In this document: positions 9,517 to 19,488 of the stretch, piece by piece | Layout of the letters: each line of letters starts with the position of its first letter | How positions within the stretch are numbered: position 1 is the first letter of the stretch | NCBI GenBank assembly: GCA_963667015.2 | Contig: CAXXJJ010000004.1 | Coordinates: forward strand, 4,000,001 to 4,064,000 | Source of the DNA: Desulfatiglandales bacterium | Lineage (GTDB): Bacteria; Desulfobacterota; DSM-4660; Desulfatiglandales; HGW-15 | Direction: 5' to 3' | DNA length: 64,000 nt | Position numbers and translations under genes: made by a program | The notes under the pieces: model-generated | Database searches by the model: none | The model's input: the letters and a program-made list of their open reading frames with translations, nothing else | What the model was told of the DNA's origin: nothing

Positions 9517-11289
9517 TTATTGAGGTAAAACCATCTTAAATGTACTTCCTTTTCCTGGAGAGCTTTCCACGGAGATTGTTCCGGCATGGGCCTGTGTTAT
9601 GTGTTTCACAATAGCAAGTCCAAGACCGGTTCCTCCCAGCTTTCTGCTCCTTGCCCTGTCAACCCTGTAAAACCGTTCAAAAAGTCGGGGAAGATGTTCT
9701 TTCTCAATACCCTTTCCCTGGTCTGTTACATCTATTTCCAGATTAGCATCCTTTATGATGCCTTTAATCGATACCTTTTTACCGCTGTCACTGTATTTGA
9801 TTGCATTATCCAGAAGATTAACAACCGCCTGTTCCAGGAGTGTGGGATTTATCCTCGCTTCAATATTCTCGTCACATTCAAGGTTGATTGAAATATTTTT
9901 TGTATCCGCGTTTTGCTTGCATAATTCAACTGCTGCCCTTAAAACCTCTATTATTTTTTTATTTTCAACCTCTATGCCTTCAGATTCGAAATCTTTTTCA
10001 ATCCTTGAAAGCTTTAAAAGATCATTTATTATTGCCTCAAGCCTGTTCGCATGTTTTAAAACAATCCCCAGGAAACGCTGTCTTTCTTCTTCATCTGTAA
10101 CTCCCCCCTCACGCAGTGTTTCAACAAATCCCTTGATTGCGGTTATTGGAGTTTTTATTTCATGGGAGACATTCGCTACAAACTCCCGTCTGATATTTTC
10201 AAGTTTTTTCAACCTTGTTATGTCATTTAAAACAATGAGTGCGCCGATCCGCTTTCCATCCTCATCAACCAGCTTGGTGCCATGCCCGTTTACATATTTT
10301 TCATCTCCCGGGAAAAGGGTTATTTCCTTTTCAACCGGATCACTTCCGGAAATAACATCCGAAACAAAATCATGGAAGGCCCTGTTTCTAATGGCCTCCT
10401 GAACACTCCGGCCCTGGGCCTCAGTGTTGCTTGTTCCGAAAATATCCTCCGCAGCCCTGTTGAGGCTGATTATATTTTCCCTGTTATCAATTGCGACAAT
10501 GCCCTCATCCATACTTGCGAGAATAACCTCTATTTCATTTCGCTGGTTTGTTATGGTTGAGATCCTGTTTTCAAGGTCATTTACCATCTTTTTCATTGCA
10601 TCATGGAGATTTTCTATCTCTTCAATATTGGACCTTGGTCGATTGAAGCGGTATTCACCCCTTGATATCCCTTCGGCATTTTTCCTTAATTCTTCTATGG
10701 GCCGGCTGATTCTGCGCGAGATAATAAGGCATACGATGGCGGTAAAAAAGGCGATAATAAATCCTCTCAGAATTATCTTTCTCTGTATCCGGTCTATTGC
10801 CTCATCAATTACATCAACCGGAATGGAAGTCCTTATTATCATCCGGATTTGACTGCCTTTAAAGACCGGTATACCGACATACATGAAATTCTTATCCAGG
10901 GTAAGGCTGTGCCTGGTCGACATACCCTTTTTATCTTTGACCGCACCTATAAATTCCGGCCGATCCCCGTGGTTATCCATGCTTTCCGGATCGCTCTCGG
11001 AATCGCCTATTACCTTTCCTGTTGGTGATATAATTGTTATTCTCGTTGAGGTTGACTCCCCTATCTGTTTGCACAGCCGATCTATTTCTGACAAATCAGA
11101 AGAATCCATCAGATCCTGTATCCTGTTCTGAAAAAACCTTGCCCTTACCTCCAGGTCTTCTTCTGTCTGTCTTAGAAAAAAAGTTCTTGAGGATGCGGAT
11201 GCATACCAGGTAACAGTTATAATGGATAAGAGGATTATGAGCAGGTATGAAGGGTAAAGTACCCATATAAGACGTCTTTTTTCAGCCAA
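9517..11289 (-). CDS. phoR: Phosphate regulon sensor kinase (TM-HAMP-PAS-HisKA-HATPase)
   Basis: EFVANVSHEIKTP H-box, NLLDNAIKY, FERFYRVDRARSR..GGTGLGLAIVKH; downstream of phoB; TTG start. Confidence 0.93.
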   Translation of the reverse strand: MAEKRRLIWVLYPSYLLIILLSIITVTWYASASSRTFFLRQTEEDLEVRARFFQNRIQDLMDSSDLSEIDRLCKQIGESTSTRITIISPTGKVIGDSESDPESMDNHGDRPEFIGAVKDKKGMSTRHSLTLDKNFMYVGIPVFKGSQIRMIIRTSIPVDVIDEAIDRIQRKIILRGFIIAFFTAIVCLIISRRISRPIEELRKNAEGISRGEYRFNRPRSNIEEIENLHDAMKKMVNDLENRISTITNQRNEIEVILASMDEGIVAIDNRENIISLNRAAEDIFGTSNTEAQGRSVQEAIRNRAFHDFVSDVISGSDPVEKEITLFPGDEKYVNGHGTKLVDEDGKRIGALIVLNDITRLKKLENIRREFVANVSHEIKTPITAIKGFVETLREGGVTDEEERQRFLGIVLKHANRLEAIINDLLKLSRIEKDFESEGIEVENKKIIEVLRAAVELCKQNADTKNISINLECDENIEARINPTLLEQAVVNLLDNAIKYSDSGKKVSIKGIIKDANLEIDVTDQGKGIEKEHLPRLFERFYRVDRARSRKLGGTGLGLAIVKHITQAHAGTISVESSPGKGSTFKMVLPQ

Positions 11290-11292
11290 AAC

Positions 11293-11979
11293 TTACTCCT
11301 TGAACCGGTATCCGACACCGCGCACGGTCTCGATATATTTTCCTGCAGAACCAAGTTTTTTCCTCAGGCCGACTATCTGTACATCAACCGATCTATCTGT
11401 AACAAAGTAGTCGTCTCCCTTTACTGCGTCTACTATCTGTGACCGGGTAAAGACCCATCCAGGCCTTTTGACCAGAAAACTAAGTATTCCAAACTCGGTA
11501 AAGGTCAATTGCACCGGTTCATCACTTACAAGCACCTCATGCCGGCCGGTATGGATTTTAATATTGTTAATCTCTATAATTTCCTTTTCACTGTTAACTG
11601 GTTTGGATTTTCTGCGGAGAACGGCCTTTACCCTTGCAGTAAGAATTCTTGGGCTGAATGGCTTTGATATATAATCATCTGCCCCCATTTCAAGACCTGT
11701 TACCACATCAGCCTCCTCACCCTTTGCGGTCAGCATTATTATAGGGATGGTTTTTGTATTGTTATCATTTTTAAGGCTTCGGGCAACATCCAGGCCGTCA
11801 ATCCCCGGAAGCATAAGATCAAGTATAATTAAATCCGGCAGTTTTGATTTGGCGCTATTTAAACCTTCTTCGCCGGAGGATGCACACAGGACATTAAAAC
11901 CTTCTCTTGTTAGATTATATCGAACAAGCTCAAGAATATCCTCTTCATCATCTACAACCAGTATTTTTTCCTTTGCCAT
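11293..11979 (-). CDS. phoB: OmpR-family response regulator of the phosphate regulon
   Basis: REC plus winged helix (RSVDVQI..LRKKL, ETVRGVGY); context with phoR and pst. Confidence 0.9.
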   Translation of the reverse strand: MAKEKILVVDDEEDILELVRYNLTREGFNVLCASSGEEGLNSAKSKLPDLIILDLMLPGIDGLDVARSLKNDNNTKTIPIIMLTAKGEEADVVTGLEMGADDYISKPFSPRILTARVKAVLRRKSKPVNSEKEIIEINNIKIHTGRHEVLVSDEPVQLTFTEFGILSFLVKRPGWVFTRSQIVDAVKGDDYFVTDRSVDVQIVGLRKKLGSAGKYIETVRGVGYRFKE

Positions 11980-12034
11980 TTCCTGTCTCCTGAAGAGATT
12001 ATAGTATTAAAACTGCTTGATACTAAGATTATAT

Positions 12035-12051
12035 TGTTAGAAAATTGTTAA
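12035..12051 (-). promoter_or_regulatory. Pho box upstream of phoB (autoregulation)
   Basis: TGTTAG 12035 and TGTTAA 12046, 11-bp spacing. Confidence 0.65.
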
Positions 12052-12108
12052 ATAAATATAAGAATGATATTAGATATCAATTATCCCTAAAGAAATTTAT
12101 TCCTGTTT

Positions 12109-12909
12109 TCAAAAGCTTATTGAAACATCTCCGTTTAATATTTTCTTAACATCCCCATCCTGCCCCGTCAGTATCAAACCGCCGTCTGCATCAATACCCT
12201 GAACTGTCCCGCTGATTATTTTTTCACCGATATCGACTGAGACCTCTTTCCCGGTTAAGAGAGACAGGCTGTTAATCCTGCCTTTTAGTGATTCCAGCCT
12301 CTCATTGATTATATCATTATAAAGGATTTCAAGATTTTTTAATATTTCTGCAATCAACCGGTTTCTGGAGGTAACAAGGCCGGTTTCATTAAAAATGCTT
12401 GTGGAAGGAAAGAGTATATTCTTTTCTTTTTCCGGGTTCCAGTTAACATTTATCCCCATACCCAGAATAACATAGGCCGGATTTTTTCCCCTTACCTTAA
12501 ATTCGGTTAAAATTCCTGCCAGCTTTTTATTATTTAAATAGATATCGTTGGGCCATTTTATCATTGATGACAGACCGCTTATTTTTTTTATGGCATCTAT
12601 TCCAGCTACAGCCAGTGCAAGAGTTAAAGAATATATGTTTTCAACCTTTATGTCCGGAATCAGAAGAATTGAAAAAAGTAAATTTTTACAGGCCGGAGAG
12701 AGCCATTGCCGGTCCATCCTTCCCCTTCCGGCGGTCTGCTCTTCAGTCATTACAACGGTACCGCCACATGCACCCTGTATATATAGTTCCTTTGCAGTAG
12801 TATTTGTTGATTCAAGGCTTTCGTATATTATTATGTCAGTAAATAACTGCGCCCCTTCAAGGAGGCCTTTGATTTTTTCCGCATTCAATCTATCCATATA
12901 ATCTTTCAT
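12109..12909 (-). CDS. birA: Biotin-[acetyl-CoA carboxylase] ligase without HTH domain
   Basis: STN, EEQTAGRGR...W, IKWPNDI...KKLAGILTE, GMGINVN. Confidence 0.93.
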   Translation of the reverse strand: MKDYMDRLNAEKIKGLLEGAQLFTDIIIYESLESTNTTAKELYIQGACGGTVVMTEEQTAGRGRMDRQWLSPACKNLLFSILLIPDIKVENIYSLTLALAVAGIDAIKKISGLSSMIKWPNDIYLNNKKLAGILTEFKVRGKNPAYVILGMGINVNWNPEKEKNILFPSTSIFNETGLVTSRNRLIAEILKNLEILYNDIINERLESLKGRINSLSLLTGKEVSVDIGEKIISGTVQGIDADGGLILTGQDGDVKKILNGDVSISF

Positions 12910-13886
12910 GACTTCATTATCAGGTAGAAGATATAGCCAAGGTAACAGATCAGGAGGGTAAGCCCGTTACGCCTGCCCATGGTGTGATCCTTTCTCATGG
13001 CTATCCAGGGAATAACGCCTATGATCATCATAACAATGAAATCTACAATTAATCCGCTTTCAATAAATCCACCGGGTATAATAATAGGCCTTACCAGAGC
13101 TGATACCCCAAGTACGCTTAGAATATTAAAGACATTGCTCCCGATAAGGTTTCCTATACTGATATCCATTTCCTTTCTTATTGCAGCCACAACAGATGTT
13201 GTAAGTTCCGGAAGGGACGTGCCAAAGGCAACAAGGGTAAGGCTTATAAACTTTTCACTTACACCCAGGGTTGTCATTATTTTTACTGCGGAAGCAACAA
13301 CGAGCTGGGCCCCTCCGGCCACTCCTGCAATTCCCACAATAATAAGTATTATCTGCCTTGTCCTGGATTCAATATATCCTATTTCATTCAGTTCCGCTTC
13401 AAAGCCCAGCGCATCACTCTTTTCTTCTGCGCCTGTACCTTTAACCGCGATCCTGTAATTCGCGACTGTATAGGTTATTACCCCGCAAAACAGTATTGCG
13501 CCTTCCAGCCTTCCGATTATCGAATTATATGAAAGAATCAGGAGAAACAGGGAAATGCCCAGCATGACCGGAATCTCCCTTTTAACCACCTCTTCGGAAC
13601 ATTTAATTGGCTGAAATAGGGCCGAAAGACCCAGAACCAGGCCTATGTTACAGATATTACTGCCGATAACATTTCCGACAGCTATCATGCTTTTATCTTC
13701 TATGGATGATATAAGACTTACGACAAGTTCAGGAGCTGATGTACCAAAGGCAACAACGGTCAAACCGATAACAATCGGGGTTAAGCCCATGTTTCGGGCG
13801 AGACTGCTGGAGCCCTTTACAAGCCACTCAGCGCTGAAATAAAGAAGAATAAAACCCGTAATGCAGATCAGTAGATAAAAAGTCAT
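12906..13886 (-). CDS. Ca2+/Na+ antiporter (YrbG/CaCA family)
   Basis: Two alpha repeats GTSAPE / GTSLPE with GNVIGSN / GNLIGSN. Confidence 0.93.
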   Translation of the reverse strand: MTFYLLICITGFILLYFSAEWLVKGSSSLARNMGLTPIVIGLTVVAFGTSAPELVVSLISSIEDKSMIAVGNVIGSNICNIGLVLGLSALFQPIKCSEEVVKREIPVMLGISLFLLILSYNSIIGRLEGAILFCGVITYTVANYRIAVKGTGAEEKSDALGFEAELNEIGYIESRTRQIILIIVGIAGVAGGAQLVVASAVKIMTTLGVSEKFISLTLVAFGTSLPELTTSVVAAIRKEMDISIGNLIGSNVFNILSVLGVSALVRPIIIPGGFIESGLIVDFIVMMIIGVIPWIAMRKDHTMGRRNGLTLLICYLGYIFYLIMKS

Positions 13887-14182
13887 AAGATAATATTTTC
13901 CATTATTTTTGATGATTTAAACATACAGATATCATAAATAGATTATAGTTTACTATAATATTTTCCTTGATTTACTAATCAAAAATATACCATATTGTAA
14001 AACACTTCCGTTTAAAAACATAATTACCTTAAGTTTTTTAACACCGGCTTTTTTTATTGTAACGATAGTAGAGGAACAATCGGAACCTCCTCTTTAGCTG
14101 CAAGAATAAGAAACAGGACCTGCCATTATTCCTCTATTATTGATGATATATTCTTAGAAACATTTTTCAAAAGGGGTGCATT

Positions 14183-14404
14183 ATGAGAGAAGAAAATGAA
14201 GCGGTTCAGCAACTCCGGCATGATGACATTGTCAGAGAAAATCAGGAAAAAACAAAGGCAACAAAGGAAGAAACTGCATCCATTGGCGCCGTAGAGCCCT
14301 GGCTCCCTATTGAGACCAAGATGGTTGTCGGATCATTGATAATTGGAGGAATTGCTCTGGTTGTACTTGCAGTACTTGTTCATATCTTTATTCTCGGAGG
14401 GTAA
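14183..14404 (+). CDS. Small single-TM protein coupled to the YeiH transporter
   Basis: AAGGGG RBS, C-terminal TM helix, 2 bp from the next start. Confidence 0.7.
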   Translation: MREENEAVQQLRHDDIVRENQEKTKATKEETASIGAVEPWLPIETKMVVGSLIIGGIALVVLAVLVHIFILGG

Positions 14405-14406
14405 TA

Positions 14407-15861
14407 ATGAAAAAACAGATTCGATGGAACACTGGAATGCTCAGCACCGAGGATTGGTGGGCCGTATGGATCGGCCTGTTTTTTGTCACACTTGGCATGA
14501 TAACGGCTGCAACAGGAATTAATCTGACAGGCTGGATAGTCAAATTCTCCGGCTGGGTGGATCTTTCAAAATCCTTCCGGGCCTCGAACAAGGGGCTTAT
14601 GTCTCCCGCGTTATCCCTGATAACAAGTTATATTGTTTTTACTGTTGCCACAAGTATTGGGGCAAAATTCATGGGCTGGAATATTAAAAGATACTTCTGG
14701 GCATGGACAATAATATTCTGGCTGACAGTTATATTCTATATTGTCGGACAAAATGCCTATATAGCATCAACATCTCTTGATCGCGGAAAATATGGCATAA
14801 GCTGGAGTCTTTCACTTGGAGGCGCATACTATATTATAGCTTTATTCTCAGGTTTATTTTTGGGAAACCTTACTCCAAAAAAATTCAGGAAATTCATTAA
14901 AGAAGCTGCAAAACCGGAGTGGTTTATTAAAGTGGCGATCGTGTGTCTTGGTACAAAACTTGGATTAAAGGCTATTGAGGCGACCGGCTTTGCCATGCAC
15001 CTTCTTTTTGCCGGCTGCTGCGCCACTATAGCCGCCTATCTGCTCTTCTGGCCGCTCGCATATACTGTCTGCAGAAAGATATTTAAACTCTCCCGGGAAT
15101 GGTCTGCCTGCCTTGCTTCTGCTGTTTCTGTCTGTGGAGTTTCTGCGGCCATTGCAACGGGCGGAGCAATAAGGTCAAGGGCTATTGTTCCGATTATGAT
15201 ATCTTCTCTGGTTGTCGTTTTTGCGGTATCCGAACTGGTTCTTCTTCCCGGTGTATTGACTAAATATATGTCTGACGAACCAATAGTTTCCGGGGCCACT
15301 CTTGGATTAACAGTAAAAACCGATGGCGCTGATGCTGCAGCAGGGGCCATCCTTGACGAGCTTGTAAGAGCAAAAGCCTCGGAAAATGGCACATACTGGG
15401 AGGAAGGATGGATTCTTGCTTCTGCTATAATGACAAAAATATGGATAGACATGTTCATTGGTATCTGGGCTTTTGTGCTTGCAATAATATGGGTTCTGCA
15501 TATTGAAAAACGCAATGGGGACCAGGTCATGAAATCTGAGATATGGTTCCGGTTTCCAAAGTTTGTGGTTGGCTATTTCGTGGCATGGTTTATTGTTATG
15601 GGGATTGGTTTAGCCGAATTACTTCCATTTAATAGTCTGGAATCGGCACTTGGTCCTGTGGAAGGGTCTTTACGTAAATTCTTTTTTATGCTTACTTTCA
15701 CAAGTATAGGAATAGTAACAGACTTCAGGGAGCTCGCAAAGGAAGGGCTTGGAAAATTAACTCTTGCCTATGGCACTGTTTTATTGATTGTTATAATACC
15801 GATTGGTTTTTTACTGGCATGGCTTTTTCATCACGGAATGATGCCGCCGGTGGTATCCTGA
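14407..15861 (+). CDS. YeiH/PSE-family (putative sulfate exporter) membrane transporter
   Basis: EDWWAVWIG start, SVCGVSAAIA and FPKFVVG family motifs, many TM helices. Confidence 0.85.
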   Translation: MKKQIRWNTGMLSTEDWWAVWIGLFFVTLGMITAATGINLTGWIVKFSGWVDLSKSFRASNKGLMSPALSLITSYIVFTVATSIGAKFMGWNIKRYFWAWTIIFWLTVIFYIVGQNAYIASTSLDRGKYGISWSLSLGGAYYIIALFSGLFLGNLTPKKFRKFIKEAAKPEWFIKVAIVCLGTKLGLKAIEATGFAMHLLFAGCCATIAAYLLFWPLAYTVCRKIFKLSREWSACLASAVSVCGVSAAIATGGAIRSRAIVPIMISSLVVVFAVSELVLLPGVLTKYMSDEPIVSGATLGLTVKTDGADAAAGAILDELVRAKASENGTYWEEGWILASAIMTKIWIDMFIGIWAFVLAIIWVLHIEKRNGDQVMKSEIWFRFPKFVVGYFVAWFIVMGIGLAELLPFNSLESALGPVEGSLRKFFFMLTFTSIGIVTDFRELAKEGLGKLTLAYGTVLLIVIIPIGFLLAWLFHHGMMPPVVS

Positions 15862-15884
15862 TGATTTATAATCAGGATTAGGTT

Positions 15885-15918
15885 AAACACCCCCAGCTTT
15901 ATGCTGTGGGGTGTTTTT
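15885..15918. terminator. Bidirectional intrinsic terminator
   Basis: AAACACCCC...GGGGTGTTTTT stem between convergent genes. Confidence 0.7.
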
Positions 15919-15926
15919 ATCAGGTA

Positions 15927-16949
15927 TTAATGCTCAAGCTCCTTCTTCAGTTCCCTTGTCATAAGCTCCTTAACCGCCTGCAGAGGATCTTTTCCATTAT
16001 AAAGGATTTCATAAACCTGATCTACAATTGGCATTTCTACACCCATCTTTTTGGCCAGTTCATATGCTGAAATAGAGGTCTTAACCCCTTCGGCCACCAT
16101 TTTCATACCATTTGTAATTTCTTCAAGTGTCATACCTTTACCTATCTTAAGGCCCACGGTACGGTTGCGGCTCAGATCTCCGGTACATGTCAAAACAAGA
16201 TCACCCATTCCGGATAGCCCTGCAAATGTCATGGGGTTTGCTCCCATTGCAACACCCAGTCTTGTGATCTCTGCAAGGCCTCTTGTAATAAGAGCAGCCC
16301 TGGCATTGAGCCCAAAACCCAGACCGTCGGATGCCCCGGCCGCTATGGCAATAACGTTTTTAAGGGCACCGCATAACTGTACTCCGGTATGATCATCACT
16401 TACATATACTCTGAACAGATCATTCGAAAATATTCCCTGAAACATCTCGGCGATGGAAACATCTTTACATGCAATAGTAACCGCTGTTGGCTGTTTCGCA
16501 ACAACCTCCTTTGCAAAGCTGGGGCCTGCAAGACATGCATAGTTTTCGGTATATTCAGGTTCAAGAATGTCTTCCGCAACCTGTGACATTACCTTTAATG
16601 TATCGTTCTCTATACCCTTTGTTGCTGATATAAATTTCATTCCCGGTTTCAGATAGGGTTTTAATTCGATTAAAACGCCCCTGTAAAAATGAGATGGCAC
16701 CACCATCATTATAATATCTTTATCTTTAAGGGCTTCTTCAAAGGTTTTAACGGGATTTAAGCTGTCAACAAGTTTCATGCCGGGGAGAAAGGTTTCGTTT
16801 ATTCTGTTATTTTTAATCTGATCATAAACATCATCTTCTCTAACCCAAAGGTCTACGGTATGTCCATTGTCTGCCAGAAGGTTAGCAAGTGTTGTTCCCC
16901 AGCTGCCTGCACCAATTGCACCGATTTTCATTTTTTTGGTATGCCCCAT
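15927..16949 (-). CDS. gpsA: NAD(P)H-dependent glycerol-3-phosphate dehydrogenase
   Basis: GAGSWGT, ATKGIE, GPSFAKEV, GALKNVIAIAAG, GDLVLTC...SRN. Confidence 0.96.
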   Translation of the reverse strand: MGHTKKMKIGAIGAGSWGTTLANLLADNGHTVDLWVREDDVYDQIKNNRINETFLPGMKLVDSLNPVKTFEEALKDKDIIMMVVPSHFYRGVLIELKPYLKPGMKFISATKGIENDTLKVMSQVAEDILEPEYTENYACLAGPSFAKEVVAKQPTAVTIACKDVSIAEMFQGIFSNDLFRVYVSDDHTGVQLCGALKNVIAIAAGASDGLGFGLNARAALITRGLAEITRLGVAMGANPMTFAGLSGMGDLVLTCTGDLSRNRTVGLKIGKGMTLEEITNGMKMVAEGVKTSISAYELAKKMGVEMPIVDQVYEILYNGKDPLQAVKELMTRELKKELEH

Positions 16950-17161
16950 AATCTTTCCTTTTTAATATAGGTTAAAGAAATTGTGTCCGAATTCTATTGA
17001 AAATACCTTTAAGGGTCAAGATTAAATATAATATCTATCATTATTTTAATGATTTATATTTATTTGTATGTATTTTAAATTAATAAGTTAATTATTACTT
17101 TAATAGCACCATTTATAACAAACTTATTAAACTATACTGTATATTAAGCTTGATATTAAGC

Positions 17162-17189
17162 TTGACACAGATAATACATATCATATAAT
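17162..17189 (+). promoter_or_regulatory. Sigma70 promoter
   Basis: TTGACA-16 bp-TATAAT, preceded by an overlapping 12-bp tandem duplication ATATTAAGCTTG x2. Confidence 0.65.
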
Positions 17190-17248
17190 CCTTTGATTTA
17201 TTTGAATAAAGAACCTACATTTAAGGATATTATTATCAAGGAGCTATA

Positions 17249-19354
17249 ATGATTCAAGCACTTTTACTTATGGCTGGTCTGGGGGCCTTTTGCGGATTGG
17301 TACTAAGTGTCGCTTCGCGCATTTTTTATGTATATGAAGATCCTCGAATAGAACAGGTTCAGGAATGGCTTGCCGGGGCAAACTGCGGGGGTTGTGGTTT
17401 TGCAGGATGTTCTTCCGCTGCAGTAGCAGTTGTGGCAGGAAAGGCACCGGCAAATGTATGTATTGTTGGCGGAGAAGAGGCTACACATAAAATAGCCGAA
17501 ATAATGGGAATCGACGCGGGTATGGCTGAACCCACCAGGGCCTATAATCCATGTTCCGGAGGAGACAGGGCCAGCGATCAGTTTATTTATATGGGGGTAA
17601 ACACCTGTCTTGCCCAGACAATGATGTATGGAGGCAAGAGAGAGTGCAGCGTAGGTTGTCTTGGCATGGGAGACTGTGTAAAGGCCTGCCTCTTTGGTGC
17701 TCTGAGCATGGGTCCGGATGGCTTTCCGGTAGTGGACGAAGAAAAATGTGTTGGCTGCGGCGCCTGTGAAAGAACATGTCCTAAAGACATTATAGAGGTT
17801 AAAACTCCGTCGGAGAGGTTTCTTCACTTTAATACTGATAAAGATGAACTTGCCCCATGCAGACAGACATGTCCTGCCGAGATAAACATTCCTCTCTATA
17901 TTCAGCAGATCAAAAAGGGTGACTATGAAGGCGCTGTTCATACTATCAGGGAAAGAAACCCTCTTCTTCTTTCGTGTGGAAGAGTCTGTCCTCACCCCTG
18001 TGAAGATAACTGTCGAAGGGGAATTGAGGATGAACCTGTATCAATAAACCAGCTGAAAAGATTTGCTGCAGACTATGAAATGAATTCAGGGAAACGCTAT
18101 CCAATATCCGTTGCACCTTTAACTGAAAAGAAGGTTGCGGTTGTTGGCGGAGGACCGGCAGGATTGTCCGCCGCCTTCTTCCTTAGAAGACTTGGACATG
18201 ATGTAACTATTTTTGAAGCAATGCCCAAACTGGGCGGCATGATTCGTTATGGGATACCCGAGTACAGGCTTCCTAAAAAGGTGCTTGATTGGGAAATAGA
18301 AGGTATTTTAAACCTTGGAATAGAAGCCAGAGTGAATATGACCTTTGGCAAGGACTTTGGTCTGGAAGATCTTGTATCTGAGGGTTATGATGCTATTTTC
18401 CTGGGAATCGGCGCCTGGAAGGATTCTTCTCTAAGGGTAGAAGGTGAGGATCTTGAAGGATGTTATACAGGTATTGATTTTCTTGCCAGACTGGCAGGCG
18501 GGGAAAAGCTTCCAATTAAAAAGACCGCAGTGGTAATCGGCGGAGGAAATACGGCTATTGACTGTACAAGAAATCTGCTCAGGTATGGAGCAGAAAAGGT
18601 CTACCTTGTTTATAGGCGTACCAGAAAGGAAATGCCTGCAAACCCGGTGGAAATAGAGGCTGCAGAGCATGAAGGGATTGAATTTAATTTCCTTGCAGCA
18701 CCAATCAGTGTAAAGGGAGATAGCGAAGGAAACGTTACACACCTGGAATATCAGAAAATGGAGCTTGGGGAACCTGATGCAAGCGGAAGAAGACGTCCTG
18801 TGCCGATTGAAGGATCCGAAACCCTTCTTGAAACAGGTATGGTTATTACTGCAATCGGGCAGGCCCCTGATATATCATTTACACAGGAAACCAAAGAAAA
18901 ACTTAATGAACTGAAGACTACACGCTGGAACACCTTTGATTGTGATCCTTATACCTTGCAGACATCCATTCCTTTTATTTTCGCAGCAGGTGATGCCCAA
19001 ACTGGTCCATCTCTTGTTGTTGAGGCAATCGGCGGAGGTAGAAGAGCGGCAAGATCCATACATCAGTATATAACCGGTGAAAAGGTTCAGGCAGAGTCGG
19101 GCGAAATCATGAAAAAACTGATTCCTGAGACCATTTTTGATCACCTGAATGGTATTAAGAAAAAACCCAGATCTGAAATGGTAGAACTGCCGGTGGAAGA
19201 AAGAATAAAATCATTTGTAGAGGTTGATCAGGTTCTTACAGAACAGGCAGCAAAAACTGAAAGTGAAAGATGCTTAAACTGCTGTAGATTATGTTACACC
19301 CCTGATGTGGATGAAACACTCATAAAAATAGAATCTTCACTTCCTGCAGGTTAG
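17249..19354 (+). CDS. RnfB-like Fe-S domain fused to GltD/NfnB-like FAD/NAD(P) oxidoreductase
   Basis: N-terminal TM, GANCGGCGFAGC and ferredoxin motifs; then PCRQTCP, GRVCPHPCEDNCRR, GGGPAG, YGIPEYRLP, GGGNTAID, C-terminal RCLNC. Confidence 0.88.
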   Translation: MIQALLLMAGLGAFCGLVLSVASRIFYVYEDPRIEQVQEWLAGANCGGCGFAGCSSAAVAVVAGKAPANVCIVGGEEATHKIAEIMGIDAGMAEPTRAYNPCSGGDRASDQFIYMGVNTCLAQTMMYGGKRECSVGCLGMGDCVKACLFGALSMGPDGFPVVDEEKCVGCGACERTCPKDIIEVKTPSERFLHFNTDKDELAPCRQTCPAEINIPLYIQQIKKGDYEGAVHTIRERNPLLLSCGRVCPHPCEDNCRRGIEDEPVSINQLKRFAADYEMNSGKRYPISVAPLTEKKVAVVGGGPAGLSAAFFLRRLGHDVTIFEAMPKLGGMIRYGIPEYRLPKKVLDWEIEGILNLGIEARVNMTFGKDFGLEDLVSEGYDAIFLGIGAWKDSSLRVEGEDLEGCYTGIDFLARLAGGEKLPIKKTAVVIGGGNTAIDCTRNLLRYGAEKVYLVYRRTRKEMPANPVEIEAAEHEGIEFNFLAAPISVKGDSEGNVTHLEYQKMELGEPDASGRRRPVPIEGSETLLETGMVITAIGQAPDISFTQETKEKLNELKTTRWNTFDCDPYTLQTSIPFIFAAGDAQTGPSLVVEAIGGGRRAARSIHQYITGEKVQAESGEIMKKLIPETIFDHLNGIKKKPRSEMVELPVEERIKSFVEVDQVLTEQAAKTESERCLNCCRLCYTPDVDETLIKIESSLPAG

Positions 19355-19414
19355 ATATAATTAGACTTAAAGTGTCTGTTGTTAACAACAGATTTTATTG
19401 TCTGGATAAAAAGT

Positions 19415-19457
19415 AAAAAATAAAGGCGCAGGAAAAAAACCTGCGCCTTTATTTTTT
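19415..19457. terminator. Bidirectional intrinsic terminator
   Basis: AAAAAATAAAGGCGCAGG / CCTGCGCCTTTATTTTTT perfect 18-bp inverted repeat between convergent genes. Confidence 0.85.
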
Positions 19458-19488
19458 CAACTTTAACTTTTATCAGGGACCTACTAAC

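Noticed and set aside
14064..14140. Possible riboswitch upstream of the YeiH operon
   Set aside because: A stem (TAGAGGAA/TTCCTCTA) exists, but I cannot match it to a known riboswitch; an Rfam search would be needed.
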